Assembly: GCA_963726245.1 (NCBI GenBank)
Contig: CAVSBT010000015.1
Location: forward strand, 96,001-160,000
Length of the DNA stretch: 64,000 nt
Reading direction: 5' to 3'
Source of the DNA: an uncultured Chloroflexia bacterium
GTDB taxonomy: Bacteria; Chloroflexota; Dehalococcoidia; DSTF01; JALHUB01
The position numbers were made by a program, and so were the translations under genes. Below, in pieces: positions 62,738 through 64,000 of this stretch; within the stretch, counting starts at the first letter, position 1; every line of letters begins with the position of its first letter. The notes under the pieces were generated by a model. That model did not search any database, had not been told where the DNA came from, and saw only the letters and a list, made by a program, of their open reading frames with translations.

Positions 62738-62770
62738 GAGAGCCCGGGCTTGTTGACGACCCGGGCCTCT
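62738..62770 (-). terminator. Hairpin resembling the 60509-60540 terminator, inside the element
   Basis: AGAGCCCGGG...CCCGGGCCTCT preceded by GGAGAAA, giving a U-rich tail on the minus strand. Confidence 0.55.
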
Positions 62771-62792
62771 GACATCTGAGCCTAGTATCAAG

Positions 62793-62894
62793 TTGTTGTG
62801 CGTGGTGCAGCGTGTCTGGGTAGAGGACGACGGCCGGCTCACGATTGAGGGGACTCTCAGCGGGAGAGTTGATACTGTTTCCCCTCGGTCTTGA
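62793..62894 (+). pseudogene. Putative C-terminal stub of a large serine recombinase
   Basis: [33 protein letters not shown], with the TGA inside the GTCTTGAT core; resemblance judged by eye. Confidence 0.45.
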
Positions 62895-63969
62895 TGGACG
62901 GGGCGACGACGAGCTCTACCTTCTGGAAGTCGCGGATGGTGCGGGCGCCGCAGACCCCCATGGCGGTGCGCAATGCCCCCACCAGGTTCTCGGTGCCGTC
63001 GGTGCGGGAGGTCGGGCCGAAGAGCGCTCGCTGGAGCGTGGTGGTGACGCCCACCGTGACCCGCGTCCCTCGCGGCAGCTCCGCATGCGGCGTGGCCATG
63101 CCCCAGTGGTGGCCGTGACCAGGCGCCTCCACCGTGCCGGCCAGTATGGAGCCCAGCATCACGGCGTCGGCGCCGGAGGCGAAGGCCTTGCACATGTCGC
63201 CCGTCGTCACGATACCGCCGTCGGTGATGATCGGCACGTAGCGGCCGCGCTCCTGGTAGTACTGGTCGCGGGCGGCGGCGCAGTCGATAGTGGCAGTGAC
63301 CTGAGGCACGCCGATGCCGAGCACCTCGCGCGTCGTGCAGGCGGCGCCCGGCCCCACGCCGACCAGGACGGCGGCCACGCCCGCCTCCATGAGCTCCTTG
63401 CAGACCCCGTAGCTGACCGTGTTGCCTACCACCACCGGCACCGGCATCACCCGCACAAGGTTCTCGAAGTTGAGCCCGGTGGGGCTTCGGGAGACGTGGC
63501 GCGGCGAGGTCACTGTCGACTGGACGACGAAAACGTCGACCCCCGCTTCAACGGCCAGCGGCGCGAACCGCTTGGTGTTGGCGGGGGTGCAGGACACGGC
63601 GCACAGGCCCCCCCGGGCCTTGATATCCCTTACCCGCGCCCCGATCAGCTCTTGCCGTATGGGCTCGGAGTAGACCTTCTGGAGGAGGGCGGTGACCTGG
63701 CTCTTGGGCGCCGCCGCGATCTCCTCTAGAATGGCCGCGGGGTCGTCGTAGCGCGTCTGGACGCCCTCCAGGTTGAGGACCGCCAGCCCTCCCAGCTTCT
63801 GGAAGTCGACGGCGAAGCGGGTGTCCACCACACCGTCCATAGCCGCGGCCAGGAAGGGGAGCGGGAGCTGCAGGTCGCCAATGGAGAACGAGACGTCGGT
63901 CAGTTCAGGGTTGAGAGTCGTGGCGCCGGGGACGATGGCCACCTCGTCGAAGCCGTAGGCGCGGCGCAT
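62857..63969 (-). CDS. GuaB3-family IMP dehydrogenase-related protein (true start may lie further upstream)
   Basis: [49 protein letters not shown] and WGMATP..ELPRGTR; no CBS domains. Confidence 0.92.
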   Translation of the reverse strand: MRRAYGFDEVAIVPGATTLNPELTDVSFSIGDLQLPLPFLAAAMDGVVDTRFAVDFQKLGGLAVLNLEGVQTRYDDPAAILEEIAAAPKSQVTALLQKVYSEPIRQELIGARVRDIKARGGLCAVSCTPANTKRFAPLAVEAGVDVFVVQSTVTSPRHVSRSPTGLNFENLVRVMPVPVVVGNTVSYGVCKELMEAGVAAVLVGVGPGAACTTREVLGIGVPQVTATIDCAAARDQYYQERGRYVPIITDGGIVTTGDMCKAFASGADAVMLGSILAGTVEAPGHGHHWGMATPHAELPRGTRVTVGVTTTLQRALFGPTSRTDGTENLVGALRTAMGVCGARTIRDFQKVELVVAPSIKTEGKQYQLSR

Positions 63970-64000
63970 GACCTTGGCGCCGGGGGGCGCCTCGACCGGT

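Larger units (their letters stand above)
60603..62888. mobile_element. Integrated element (remnant) in the 3' end of guaB3
   Basis: Visibly lower GC; GTCTTGAT direct repeat at both junctions (60595-60602, 62888-62895); inverted ends TCGAGGGGATACAG / CTGTTTCCCCTCGG; duplicated gene tail. Confidence 0.75.

Noticed and set aside
60603-62888. DDE transposon with terminal inverted repeats and a 7-8 bp target duplication
   Set aside because: The element end re-encodes the guaB3 tail (EGKxYQ), which fits site-specific integration with 3' replacement better than random transposition; no transposase remnant was seen. Not fully excluded

Overview
High-GC bacterial chromosomal window, most consistent with Chloroflexota/Dehalococcoidia (inference from gene content such as GuaB3-type IMPDH, cdaA-cdaR, comEA-comEC and selA/selB). 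It is mostly housekeeping: secF (3' end), tlyA-nadK-argA-like GNAT-Nudix, tig-clpP-clpX, two Opp/Dpp ABC clusters, aspS, hemW, selB, sdhABCD, hicAB, mutS2, selA, serA cluster, rph, comEA/EC, argF-cdaA-cdaR-der-plsY, hisS, prfA-prmC and guaB3. Many single-base frameshifts, including in conserved genes (hisS, prmC, selB, rph), point to an error-prone long-read consensus rather than real pseudogenes. I found no tRNA, rRNA or CRISPR array. The most notable non-gene signal is a ~2.3 kb integrated element (60603-62888) in the 3' end of guaB3: the displaced original gene tail lies at its far end, the junctions rebuild an inverted-repeat att site, a stub resembling a serine integrase C-terminus ends in the att core, and the terminator is duplicated. 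Also notable are a 21-nt palindromic element found repeatedly in frame inside housekeeping genes, heptamer repeats in coding and intergenic DNA, and several small MITE/REP-like insertions at gene 3' ends. All calls are by eye, without database searches.
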